The notes under the pieces were generated by a model. It saw only the letters and a list, made by a program, of their open reading frames with translations. It was not told where the DNA came from and did no database searches. Shown here piece after piece: positions 18,238 to 27,918 of a stretch of 62,050 nucleotides of DNA (position 1 is its first letter; each line of letters opens with the position of its first letter). A program made the position numbers and the translations under genes. This stretch comes from an uncultured Rhodopirellula sp. (GTDB taxonomy: Bacteria > Planctomycetota > Planctomycetia > Pirellulales > Pirellulaceae). Location: contig CAXGAI010000025.1 in the NCBI GenBank assembly GCA_964007735.1, forward strand, positions 1 to 62,050, read 5' to 3'.

Positions 18238-20664
18238 CTACTTTACGAAGAGGAAATCGTATGAATTCATCAGGACCCAAACCAGATCTTCGATACCCTT
18301 GCGTTTGTCGGTTGCCGCTAGCACGTTCTGGCCGATCTTTTTCTCTTTGGTGTTAGGGAAGCGGCCAAGCGTCCTTAAGCTGATTTCAGTGATTAATTCG
18401 TCATTAGTGAGATTGCGGTTCGAAAGGTGCCTGATGTAACTTTCGTTTGCTTGAATCTTACGTTCGATCTCCGGGGCATTAAGCAGGTGCAACGCCTGAG
18501 CCATCGTGGGGTCCCCGCTACTGCCACACTCGCACGGTGATTCACGCAGATTGCGGCCAAAGGTGTCTAGAAAGTAAGACGGGAGTTGATTATCCCAAAG
18601 TTCAATGGCCCGGGTTCCAATAGGGTGTCCGGCATACTGCTCCGGTACGCCCGTCACCTGACAGATTGCGTCCAGCATGACTTCGGCGGGCAATCTGCGT
18701 ACTAAGTAATGGCTGTACGCCTGGTCATCAATCTTGTTAGATTCAGTGGAGCGGCTTGATAACTGGAAGGTGTGGCTATTAAGAATCTTTCGCATCAGTT
18801 GCTTGATATCAAACTCGTTCTCTGTCAAAACCATTACCAGATGGTCCAGAAGTTCGGGGTTTGTCGGAGGGTTGGTCTCACGGAAATCGTCTTCTGGTTC
18901 TACCAGACCTCGTCCCAACAAATGTTTCCAGATTCGGTTTGCTAGCAGACGTGAAAAATAGGGGTTTTCTGGTGAGGTTACCCAGCCTGCGAGTTCTGGT
19001 CTTGGATCAATCGAATTGCCGGCGGTTGTTGGCGATCCTGCTAGAGGTTGCGTATTGACCGCCTGGTTAATGACGGGTATCGAAATTGGCTGATGACCAG
19101 GGTGGTAGACCAGTTCCCGATTCTCATCTAGGGTCTCTCGTTTCATGCCATTAAAATAGCCGGCCAAACCATAGAAGTCAGCTTGTCCCCACTTTTCAAA
19201 TGGGTGATGATGGCATTGCGCACAGTCCATACGAACACCAAGGAAAGCCTGGCTGATCGCCTTGGTCGCGTCTTCAGGTGTCCGCTGGCTGCGATAGAAG
19301 TTAGCAGGGCCAACGTTGCCGGTGTTGCCGGTGGCGACAATAATATCGTAAACCCATTCATCGTAAGCTCGATTTTGAGCCACTTGCTGACGAATCCAGC
19401 GATAGAAGGTATAAGCACTTCGGCCACCAAGAGTTTTCGAATTGACCATCATGATGTCGGCCCACCGTTGGGTCCAGTAATTCACAAAGTCTTCGGAGTT
19501 GAGAGCTAATTCAATGGCGGTTGCCCGTTTGTCAGGAGAGTTATCTGCAAGAAACGCCCGGGTTTGCTCCGCCGTAGGAATGGTCCCCGTTGTTTTTACA
19601 AGCAGTCGTCTTAGGAAGGTGGAATCGTCACATAATTCTGATGGGCTAATGCGTAGTTGTTTCCACTTGTTCCATGTCAGATCGTCGATTTTGTTGCGAC
19701 TGGTGAACCACGGCGGACGCACCGGGATTTCCACCCCGGACTGCGGGATCACGACCCGGGCAACATCCACATATCCCATGTAATTAATAGTGATGGCGGC
19801 TTCTCCTGCAAGCTTACCAGTCTCGATTACCCCTTGGGCACTACAGTCGGCGATGACTTCCATGTTGGTGCTGTAAACGGACGCACGCGTCACATCGCGT
19901 TGACTACCATCGGTGTACGTAGCAATGACTTGTAGTTGCTGAAGCGAACGGGGAGTCATACTTCTCAGGGAAGGAGTTACATCAATCTTTTGCACAGTGG
20001 GCGTATCGGGTTTACCCCAGGGCATCCCCTGCTTAATCCACTCCCGCAGCAATTCGGCGTCCTGAGAGTCCGGCTTCATGCGTTCGCCTCCACCGTGCGC
20101 TACTATTCCTGTTCCCTTGCTGTAAATCAGGCTTTGCTCAATGGCTCCGGGAAAGACGCGCCGTCCCCTACCCTGACGCGTAAGGGCTTCGTAATCTGTT
20201 GCCGGATCAAAGCCAAATACGCTGAGTTGAAATCCGTTTTGCCCTCCCTGACGACCATGGCACCCACCACCATTACAGTTGAGTTTGGTAAGCAGCGGGA
20301 TGATGTCTACTTCGAAATTGACAGAAGGATAGTCTGTATAGCCTTCGACCTTAACACTCAGTTCTCTCTGGAACCCTTCGACTTGAATCAGAAGTTGTGT
20401 GGTTCCTTTAGCAACGCCAAGGACCAGAGATTCGGAGAGTTTCGCTACCGATTCATCCTGAATCGTCAATTGGGCTTTTGAGGTGAGGTCAACGACCGAT
20501 CCATCAGGGCGTTGACCGGTGATCAGCAGTTGAGACTGCCGATTTCTTCCCGTGATGGCGACCACTTCAGGTTCGACTGAGATCGACTCATAAGTATCTG
20601 CGCAGAGTGAGTTAAAGCTCAGGATACTTAACAGAACGGTGAGTGAGACTCGTAGGGAGGACAT
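18238..20664 (-). CDS. DUF1549/DUF1553 (PSCyt2/PSD1) protein with two Ig-like (Big_2) domains
   Basis: Signal peptide; two QL.V...Y/R.DGS..D.T Ig-like repeats; CNGGGCHG; FLRR....TG..P; CAQCHHHPFEKW; NRIW..LLGRGLVEP.DD; NPELLD.L; QALHLLN. Confidence 0.9.
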   Translation of the reverse strand: MSSLRVSLTVLLSILSFNSLCADTYESISVEPEVVAITGRNRQSQLLITGQRPDGSVVDLTSKAQLTIQDESVAKLSESLVLGVAKGTTQLLIQVEGFQRELSVKVEGYTDYPSVNFEVDIIPLLTKLNCNGGGCHGRQGGQNGFQLSVFGFDPATDYEALTRQGRGRRVFPGAIEQSLIYSKGTGIVAHGGGERMKPDSQDAELLREWIKQGMPWGKPDTPTVQKIDVTPSLRSMTPRSLQQLQVIATYTDGSQRDVTRASVYSTNMEVIADCSAQGVIETGKLAGEAAITINYMGYVDVARVVIPQSGVEIPVRPPWFTSRNKIDDLTWNKWKQLRISPSELCDDSTFLRRLLVKTTGTIPTAEQTRAFLADNSPDKRATAIELALNSEDFVNYWTQRWADIMMVNSKTLGGRSAYTFYRWIRQQVAQNRAYDEWVYDIIVATGNTGNVGPANFYRSQRTPEDATKAISQAFLGVRMDCAQCHHHPFEKWGQADFYGLAGYFNGMKRETLDENRELVYHPGHQPISIPVINQAVNTQPLAGSPTTAGNSIDPRPELAGWVTSPENPYFSRLLANRIWKHLLGRGLVEPEDDFRETNPPTNPELLDHLVMVLTENEFDIKQLMRKILNSHTFQLSSRSTESNKIDDQAYSHYLVRRLPAEVMLDAICQVTGVPEQYAGHPIGTRAIELWDNQLPSYFLDTFGRNLRESPCECGSSGDPTMAQALHLLNAPEIERKIQANESYIRHLSNRNLTNDELITEISLRTLGRFPNTKEKKIGQNVLAATDKRKGIEDLVWVLMNSYDFLFVK

Positions 20665-20676
20665 GCTTTTATTATA
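20665..20676 (-). promoter_or_regulatory. Candidate leaderless promoter TATAAT-N6-ATG
   Basis: Minus strand reads TATAAT AAAAGC ATG(20664); no Shine-Dalgarno. Confidence 0.5.
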
Positions 20677-20732
20677 AACAGTCCAGAGAACATTCGCTGA
20701 GAAGTTTTAAAGACGAGTGTCGTAAAATCACT

Positions 20733-22142
20733 CTAGGCAATGATGTCTTTAACGACATGGCCATGCACGTCGGTCAGACGAAAATCGCGCCCACTATAAC
20801 GATAGGTCAATTGTTCATGATCGAGTCCCATGAGATGCAGGATGGTGGCATGCAGGTCGTGGACGTGAACTTTGTTCTCCATGGCGGCAAAGCCGAATTC
20901 ATCACTTTGGCCGTATGTCATTCCACCTTTAATTCCACCGCCGGCAAGCCACATCGTGAAGCCATGATGATTGTGGTCACGTCCATTGCCATTTTCGGCC
21001 ACAGGAGTGCGGCCGAATTCGCCACCCCAGATGATCAGAGTGTCCTTAAGTAAGTCACGCTGCTTAAGATCCTTGATGAGTGCCGCAATTGGCTGGTCCA
21101 CCATTTGCGCTTTTTGAGCATGGTTTTTAATGTCTCCATGATCGTCCCAGGGTTGGCCATTTCCGTAGTAGACCTGAACCATCCGAACGCCGCTTTCAAC
21201 AAGACGTCGGGAAGCGAGGCAGGCATCAGCAAACTGTCCTGAGCCGTATGACTCTCGCGTAGCCTGGGTTTCCTTACTAAGGTTGAACACATCCTGAGCT
21301 TCGGTTTGCATGCGAAATGCCATTTCCATGGATTCAATTCTTGACTCCAGTGGGTTGGACTTTCCACCTCGGGCCTTCAAATGTAATTCATTCATTTGCT
21401 TCAGAATGTCGAGTTGTTCACGTTGTGACACCTTTCCGATCTGAGTGTTGTTGATGTGCCGGATGACGTTCTTGGGATCCATTTTAGAATTATTGATGTG
21501 CGTACCCTGAAAAATGCCAGGCAGGAAGCTGTTGCTCCAAAGCTGAGGCCCAACAACTGGTTTCCCGGGGCAAAGAACCACAAAACCAGGTAAGTTCTGG
21601 TTTTCGGTACCCAGACCATAAAGGAGCCAGGAACCCATGGCAGGACGTGTGGGTTGAGTTTCACCGCTATTCATCATCAACAGAGACGGTTCATGGTTTG
21701 GGATGTTCGTATGCATCGAGCGAATGACACAAATGTCATCAATCATCCCACCGACATTGGGGAATAGGTCGCTGACCTCGATGCCAGCCTCGCCATATTT
21801 TTGAAACTTAAAAGGGGATTTTAACAGACCTCCTGTTTTACGCTCAGTCGACAGGTCTGCAGCGTCCGGACGTTGGCCATTGTATTTCTCTAAAGCCGGC
21901 TTTGGGTCAAAGGTGTCAACCTGAGATGGACCGCCGTTCATAAACAGATGGATAACGTGTTTGGCGCGAGGAGCAAAATGTGGAGCCTTGGGAGCCAGCG
22001 GCTTATCGCTAATCGCCGGCTTAGCATCTGCGGCCAGTGTGCCATCCCCGGCCATAATCCCCGCCATACCAAGAACACCTAAACCAGTGCCTATTTTTTG
22101 AATATATTCGCGACGTGATAATCCGTAACGATATGGTGTCAT
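20733..22142 (-). CDS. DUF1501 domain protein, Tat substrate (PSD1-cytochrome-linked subtype)
   Basis: LSRREYIQ; AKHVIHLFMNGGPSQVDTFDPKP, WDDH, GEFGRTP, GRDHN, HVHDLHAT, FRLTDVHG. Confidence 0.93.
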   Translation of the reverse strand: MTPYRYGLSRREYIQKIGTGLGVLGMAGIMAGDGTLAADAKPAISDKPLAPKAPHFAPRAKHVIHLFMNGGPSQVDTFDPKPALEKYNGQRPDAADLSTERKTGGLLKSPFKFQKYGEAGIEVSDLFPNVGGMIDDICVIRSMHTNIPNHEPSLLMMNSGETQPTRPAMGSWLLYGLGTENQNLPGFVVLCPGKPVVGPQLWSNSFLPGIFQGTHINNSKMDPKNVIRHINNTQIGKVSQREQLDILKQMNELHLKARGGKSNPLESRIESMEMAFRMQTEAQDVFNLSKETQATRESYGSGQFADACLASRRLVESGVRMVQVYYGNGQPWDDHGDIKNHAQKAQMVDQPIAALIKDLKQRDLLKDTLIIWGGEFGRTPVAENGNGRDHNHHGFTMWLAGGGIKGGMTYGQSDEFGFAAMENKVHVHDLHATILHLMGLDHEQLTYRYSGRDFRLTDVHGHVVKDIIA

Positions 22143-22180
22143 CTTAATATTCCTAAACGCTTTCAGTGCTTTGTGTTGTT

Positions 22181-25100
22181 TTAATCTAAATACATGAATT
22201 CGTTGCTGGCAAGAATTACCTGAGCGTAACGCTCCCAGCGACTCATCTGGTTATCTTCTGAATCCTCGGCTGCCAAATAAGCGAGGCCTAGATTGAGTTC
22301 CGGTTCCGATGGTTTACGCCCATAGGCAAGTTCGAAAGCCAGTTTGATCCTTGCACCATCCGAATCAGGTGCCTCTTGGTGAAGTCGTGACGAGAATGAT
22401 TTGGCCTGTTGAGTCATAAATGGACTGTTAAGTACAAACAACTGCTGTTGAGGCACAGTCGTCTCCGTCCGTTTAGCACTGGTGATATTGGCGTCCGGAA
22501 AGTCAAAGAGCCTTAAGAGCCCGTCAAGTTCATGGCGGCTTATTTTTGCATAGATCGTTCGTCGGACATTGTTTGCATCGGCCAGATTCGTTGAAGGGCC
22601 TTCTAATGATTTGTCCAGACGGCCTGAGACGTCTAAAAGCCCGTCCCGCCAGGATTCAATGTCGAGGCGGCGTTGTTTCATCCGCCAGACATACAGATTG
22701 TCAGCATCAATTTCAGCGTTTTTGTCGTTTGTTTGCGTACTCAGTTGGTACGTTGCCGACAGCATGATTTCACGGTGCAAATGCTTCATTGACCAGTTGT
22801 TGTCAATGAATGTACGAGCAAGGTAATCAAGCAGCTTTGGATGGGTTGGTGGATCCCCGAGAAGTCCGAAGTTGCTAGGCGTATTCACAATGCCGCGACC
22901 AAAATGATATTGCCAAATACGGTTTGCCATGACTCGGGGGGTTAGTGGATTGTCGTCTGAGGTAATGTCGTCCGCCAGTTGTTTACGACCACTACCTTCC
23001 TGATATGCCGGAGGGTTTTCTCCCGCCAGAACCTGCAGAAACCGTCGTGGTGCAATTTCGCGCTTGTTGGCAGGGTTACCTCGTACGAAAACACGCATGT
23101 CTTTGGGAGCAGACTCAGTATACGAGTGAGCGACGGGGAACTTTGGAGGTGCGGTCTTCTTGGCTGTTTCTGCATCGGCTTTCAAACGAACAAGTGTTTC
23201 TTTGGCTTCTCCTTCGAGGAATTGCTCCAGATCCTTGTCCGATACAGCAAGGGGGCCGTCTTTCCCTAGTACTTTGGTCAAGAGGTCTGTCGCCCCTGCT
23301 TCAGGTTGTACTTTGGGTTCTTCTGTATACACGGCGAACTGGACGGCTGCCTGTTCACCACAAGGGCCCTGATCCGAGCCGCTGTTGTCAAGCCCGCCCG
23401 CTCCTTTGAACAGCGTGTAGCCTTCAGGAATTTCGTATACCAGTTTAGAAGGAGCGTGCACTCCAACACCGTTTTTGTATTCTTTGCCGCCCACGCGAAT
23501 GGGCTGACCCTGATAGTTCTTGTTTTTACGAGGGCCTCCGAAGCCATCTGCTTTCTTAGGATCGAGGTCAGATAGGTTGATCACTTGCCCTGCAGCATTC
23601 TCGAAACGGGCTTCTAACCAGTCCGCATGATCACAACTGTTACCATTGCCGGCATCCGTCACGATGAGGTGGATCTCCTTATGCCCGGTGAGGTCCGCGA
23701 CGATGTTTGATTTCGGGCGAATTTTAGTCGTCACAGGCGTTACGAAGTGAGGGTGACCCGGTTGGTGTTGCGCACCGTCGGTACGTTGAACAAGGTTAAC
23801 GACGGCGTCCCCGTCGGGAGAAATATTCAACATTTTTTCAATCGCTTGCTGGAAGCCGGTTGTTACGGTGGTTACATTGTCCGGCAAGGCGGTCGAAATA
23901 GTGATGGATTCCGCTTTACCAGGCGTCAGGTTGAACCATGCCTCAAGTTCCGCAACTTTTCCTTTGTTCTTCGGATCCAGGAAGTTGATCCAGCGTTTGA
24001 GCAGATATTCATTCACCTTAGAAGCCTCAGCTAATTCTTTGGTGCTAAGGTTCTGCCCGTTGGCTTTAGCACTTTGGAATAGCCAAACCGCATTCATATA
24101 GTTAGCAATGTCTCCAACCTTGGATTGAGCTGCGGTTTCCTTTTGATCAGCCAGATATTTTTTTACAGCATTATCGGTATCCTTAAGCCGTTTCTGGCCA
24201 TCATTGTATGCTTTGACGTCTTCCGGCGTGCATAGTGGGGCATTATGAAGACGGGAACTGCCAAAGATGCCGGCGATAGAATAGTAATCCATTGTAGGGA
24301 TTGGATCGAACTTGTGATCATGGCAACGGGCACAGGAAACGGTAAGTCCCAGAAACCCACGTGTCAGGGTATCGATTCGATCATCAAGTTCGTCTGCCAT
24401 GGCGCGTTCACGATCAGTGTTTTTGTAGTACTGCGCCCCCAGCCCGAAGTAACCGAGCGCGACAAGATGTTCGTATGGCTCGTTGCCGGTCGGTCCATAA
24501 AGATCGCCAGCAATTTGTAATTTTACAAACTGGTTAAATGGCAGGTCCCGATTGTAGGCTGAGACCACCCAATCACGATAACGAAAGCCTTCCGTATTCG
24601 GCCGCGTAGCGAAGGTGTGAGCTTGGTCTTCGCTGTAACGAGCGACGTCCAGCCAGTATCGTCCCCAACGTTCACCATAGTGAGGTGAATCAAGTAGCCG
24701 TTCGATGACTTTAGCAAACGCTTCGTCCGACTCGTCTTCAAGAAATGCCGTCACATCGGCCGGTGCTGGCGGCAAGCCGGTAAGGTCATAAGTGGCGCGG
24801 CGAATCAGTGCTTGCTTAGAAGCCGGAGCGACCGGACTCAGTCCAAGCTCTTCCATTTTCGCCAAAGTAAAGTAGTCGATATTATTTTGAGGCCACTTCC
24901 GGTTTTTTACTTCAGGGCGTTCCGGCAATTGTACTGGCTGATAGGCCCAGTGCTTGCGACCTTCTTCAAAGTCGATTTTGTTTTGCGAGACGGTCGAGCC
25001 GTCACGAGGGTCCGGAGCTCCCATTTCAACCCATTTTTCAAAGTCAGCTATAATTTCGGCGGATAGCTTTCCTTTAGGAGGCATCTCGAAGGACTCGAAT

Positions 25101-25384
25101 TTCAAGGCTCCAATGATGAGGCTTTCATCAATATTCTTGGGGATCACGGCCGGACCAGAATCACCCCCTTTGAGGGTGCCTTCGCGTGAATCAAGCACTA
25201 GGCCGCCCTGAATGTTTTTTGCATCGACAGCATGGCATTGATAACAATGCTGAACTAAAACCGGGCGGATTTTTTGTTCAAAGAACTCGATCCCTTCCTG
25301 GGACGGCTTTTCGTCGTCTGCCAACACGAGGGATAGCATGGTTAAGGGAAGGATGAAACCAAGGATGATTCGGTTTGTCTTCAT
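22181..25384 (-). CDS. PSD1 and planctomycete cytochrome c domain protein (PSCyt1-DUF1549-NPCBM-DUF1553)
   Basis: Signal peptide; FFEQKIRPVL..HCYQCH; YGERWGR.WLD.ARY; CARCHDHKFDP; NPCBM-like insert (DHADW, GVGVHAPS); GSGR..LA; PTHP.LLD.LA; PQQ.LF.LNS. Confidence 0.92.
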   Translation of the reverse strand: MKTNRIILGFILPLTMLSLVLADDEKPSQEGIEFFEQKIRPVLVQHCYQCHAVDAKNIQGGLVLDSREGTLKGGDSGPAVIPKNIDESLIIGALKFESFEMPPKGKLSAEIIADFEKWVEMGAPDPRDGSTVSQNKIDFEEGRKHWAYQPVQLPERPEVKNRKWPQNNIDYFTLAKMEELGLSPVAPASKQALIRRATYDLTGLPPAPADVTAFLEDESDEAFAKVIERLLDSPHYGERWGRYWLDVARYSEDQAHTFATRPNTEGFRYRDWVVSAYNRDLPFNQFVKLQIAGDLYGPTGNEPYEHLVALGYFGLGAQYYKNTDRERAMADELDDRIDTLTRGFLGLTVSCARCHDHKFDPIPTMDYYSIAGIFGSSRLHNAPLCTPEDVKAYNDGQKRLKDTDNAVKKYLADQKETAAQSKVGDIANYMNAVWLFQSAKANGQNLSTKELAEASKVNEYLLKRWINFLDPKNKGKVAELEAWFNLTPGKAESITISTALPDNVTTVTTGFQQAIEKMLNISPDGDAVVNLVQRTDGAQHQPGHPHFVTPVTTKIRPKSNIVADLTGHKEIHLIVTDAGNGNSCDHADWLEARFENAAGQVINLSDLDPKKADGFGGPRKNKNYQGQPIRVGGKEYKNGVGVHAPSKLVYEIPEGYTLFKGAGGLDNSGSDQGPCGEQAAVQFAVYTEEPKVQPEAGATDLLTKVLGKDGPLAVSDKDLEQFLEGEAKETLVRLKADAETAKKTAPPKFPVAHSYTESAPKDMRVFVRGNPANKREIAPRRFLQVLAGENPPAYQEGSGRKQLADDITSDDNPLTPRVMANRIWQYHFGRGIVNTPSNFGLLGDPPTHPKLLDYLARTFIDNNWSMKHLHREIMLSATYQLSTQTNDKNAEIDADNLYVWRMKQRRLDIESWRDGLLDVSGRLDKSLEGPSTNLADANNVRRTIYAKISRHELDGLLRLFDFPDANITSAKRTETTVPQQQLFVLNSPFMTQQAKSFSSRLHQEAPDSDGARIKLAFELAYGRKPSEPELNLGLAYLAAEDSEDNQMSRWERYAQVILASNEFMYLD

Positions 25385-25439
25385 GGGTCGTTTGGCTTAC
25401 CTAAATAGGTGGCTAAGGTCATAAACATTCCAACAAATC

Positions 25440-25450
25440 ATTTTAACACA
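25440..25450 (-). promoter_or_regulatory. Candidate extended -10 promoter (TGTGtTAAAAT)
   Basis: Minus strand reads TGTGTTAAAAT, 55 nt upstream of ATG 25384. Confidence 0.45.
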
Positions 25451-25518
25451 GACCTCCTTGCGGGCTCAATTCCGGTTCCGGTAGAGTTTTTGTTGGCGGT
25501 GAGAAAACCGCTTAGTTT

Positions 25519-26868
25519 CTAGGCCAGGATTTTCTTAACGACCTTTCCATGGACATCGGTCAGGCGGTAATCTCGGCCAGCGTGCCGATAGGTTAGGCGG
25601 GTATGGTCGATCCCTAAACAATGCAACAAGGTAGCGTGAAAGTCATGTGGGGAACATTCGTTTTCGGTGACTTCCATACCAAATTCGTCGGTCTTGCCAT
25701 AGACAATCCCGCCTTGAATACCACCGCCGGCAATCCAGGAAGAGTAGGCATTCGCCCAATGCCCTCGGCCGTCAGTACCAACGGAAGGAACGCACGGCCC
25801 ACGTCCGAACTCGGTGGTAAATACGACTAAGGTCTCATCCAGCATACCTCGTTGTTTTAAGTCTTTGATCAGAGCGGCAATCGGTTGGTCTACATTGCGT
25901 GCCAGCAAGGGGTACTTACTGATGTTGGCATGGGCATCCCAGTTGTAATCGAGGGCTGTATCACCGTCGACTAACTCGATAAACCGCACCCCACGTTCGG
26001 CCATGCGACGGGCTACTAAACATTGCCAGGCAAAGGAGTCGGTTTGCCCCGGCTCCAGCCCATACAGTTTGAGAGTCTCGTCAGTCTCACGAGACAGGTC
26101 AAACGCTTCCGGGGCTTCCAGTTGCATCCCGGCAGCTGTCTCGAAACTACGGATTCGTGATTTTAGGTTGGAGTCAGTTTCCCGGTTTTTGAGATGTTGT
26201 TTGTTGAAATATTCGACCAGGTCAAGCTCGGTCTTTTGGCGTTTGCGTGTACTGGCCTGTGGTGTGATATTACGAATGGGCTCTATGCCCGGAACCAGGC
26301 GGGTTCCCTGATGGGAAACCGGAATGAAGTCCGAGCCCCAGTTTTGTCCGCCCCCGTAGGGTAGCCCCTTCGACATCACCACAAACGATGGTAAATTCTG
26401 GTTCACGGTACCCAGTCCGTAGCTTACCCAGGAGCCAAAGCTGGGACGGTTAAACGTGGCACTACCGGTATGAATGCCAATCGTCGCACCAAAGTGGTCT
26501 CCGTTGATGTTCTTCATTGAGTTGATGACAGCCAGGTCATCAGCCACTTCACCGAGATGCGGGAAAAGGTCACTGATTTCAAGCCCTGACTTTCCGCGTG
26601 GACGAAACTTCCAACCACTTCCCTTATAGATTTGTCGCGCCCGTCGTTCCTTGTCGTGACGAGCATTTAGTTCGGGCTTGTGGTCAAATGTGTCTACGTG
26701 CGACACCCCGCCGGTCATAAACAGGAAGATGACCCGCTTTGCTCTTGGTGAGAAGTGTGGATCTTTGGGGGCGAGTGGGTTTTCCTGCCCCTGCAGTAAC
26801 TCACTCAGAATGCCAGGCAGACTGAGCCCTGCAATTGACGAGATCATCGTTCTCCGGTCCATCTCCAT
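25519..26868 (-). CDS. DUF1501 domain protein, Tat substrate (motif variant)
   Basis: MDRRTMI; AKRVIFLFMTGGVSHVDTFDHKP, WDAH, EFGRGP, GRGHW, YRLTDVHG; AAGGAG RBS. Confidence 0.9.
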   Translation of the reverse strand: MEMDRRTMISSIAGLSLPGILSELLQGQENPLAPKDPHFSPRAKRVIFLFMTGGVSHVDTFDHKPELNARHDKERRARQIYKGSGWKFRPRGKSGLEISDLFPHLGEVADDLAVINSMKNINGDHFGATIGIHTGSATFNRPSFGSWVSYGLGTVNQNLPSFVVMSKGLPYGGGQNWGSDFIPVSHQGTRLVPGIEPIRNITPQASTRKRQKTELDLVEYFNKQHLKNRETDSNLKSRIRSFETAAGMQLEAPEAFDLSRETDETLKLYGLEPGQTDSFAWQCLVARRMAERGVRFIELVDGDTALDYNWDAHANISKYPLLARNVDQPIAALIKDLKQRGMLDETLVVFTTEFGRGPCVPSVGTDGRGHWANAYSSWIAGGGIQGGIVYGKTDEFGMEVTENECSPHDFHATLLHCLGIDHTRLTYRHAGRDYRLTDVHGKVVKKILA

Positions 26869-26918
26869 GCTCCTTAATACTTAACACCAGTCGTCATCGC
26901 TCCGCACCTCACCTTCTC

Positions 26919-27902
26919 TTATTCTAAACGCGAATCCGAAGGCTTGAGTAAGTCCAATTCGAATTCTCTGGCGATCGTTGTGACGAAGTTGCGATGCTTC
27001 TCGGGTACACGGCGATACCATCCCGATAAATAGGTCTTGAACGATTTATTCTCGTTGGGTTCACCGAGATTGAGGTACCTGACGGCTTGCCAGCCTGCGG
27101 GGGTATCCTCAAAGTGTTTCAAAAGTTTTACCGCGATGAAATTGTTTAGCTCTCTGTTGGTGCCGCTCGTTTCTAATGCGGCCTCATGATCCCGATAGAA
27201 CTCAGCAAGTGATTGCTTCTTCTCCTGTTGTATGGATATTCTGTCGTTAGCGTAATCGGAAAGGGCTGCAGCGTAGCTCTTCCAGTTGGAGTAAGGTGGA
27301 TTTGTCTCCCAGTTCTCGCTCATCCGTCTCAATGAATACAGTGAAGCAACTTCACAAATGGTTTCCTCAAACCATAGTTGAGAGTTGTCGACATCACGGT
27401 AGTTGCAAATAATATGACAGAACTCATGAGCAAATTGGAATGCCATTTGCGCCCACGCCCGATCTCCCGTATCAAGTCGGACAATATATTCGTTTCCTGC
27501 TCCACGTTGATATAAAGTGATGGGACCGGTCTTGCTTCGCTGTATCATGATCGGGGAGAAGCTGCTGTTTTCCAACAGGGAAGCAATGGGGTGAGCAGCG
27601 GAGTCGGCAACTTTCTTCATGTCCAGAAGACCGGCCTCGCCCCAGTCATCGGGCAGAACAATGATTCGCAGGCCATCCGTGTTTGGTTTTGAATTGGACG
27701 ATTTTAGTGCAGCCGCTTTCTGAATGTCATTTATTTTCTTGCGGAGTGCTTTATTCTCGGCCTCTAACTCCGCGAGGCGTTTTTCTAATAAGGCATTGTC
27801 TTGCGCAATTAACGTTGTGTCGGCATGCTGCCAAAACAACATAGACAGAAAAAACAGTGTGAGTAAATATCGCGTAGAGAAACGCATTAGCTGGTTTCGC
27901 AT
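26919..27902 (-). CDS. Exported hypothetical protein with coiled coil and HEXXH zinc-metallopeptidase motif
   Basis: Hydrophobic N-terminus; LEKRLAELEAENKALRKKI coiled coil; FAHEFCH followed by WFEETICE. Confidence 0.65.
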   Translation of the reverse strand: MRNQLMRFSTRYLLTLFFLSMLFWQHADTTLIAQDNALLEKRLAELEAENKALRKKINDIQKAAALKSSNSKPNTDGLRIIVLPDDWGEAGLLDMKKVADSAAHPIASLLENSSFSPIMIQRSKTGPITLYQRGAGNEYIVRLDTGDRAWAQMAFQFAHEFCHIICNYRDVDNSQLWFEETICEVASLYSLRRMSENWETNPPYSNWKSYAAALSDYANDRISIQQEKKQSLAEFYRDHEAALETSGTNRELNNFIAVKLLKHFEDTPAGWQAVRYLNLGEPNENKSFKTYLSGWYRRVPEKHRNFVTTIAREFELDLLKPSDSRLE

Positions 27903-27918
27903 TTATGGAAGGGGGGAA

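Noticed and set aside
20643..21053. 136-aa plus-strand ORF and many other 60-200 aa ORFs inside long genes (e.g. 12393-12896, 19936-20481, 36805-37323, 55274-55897)
   Set aside because: They lie antisense to or out of frame within well-supported CDSs and have no motifs; expected shadow ORFs.
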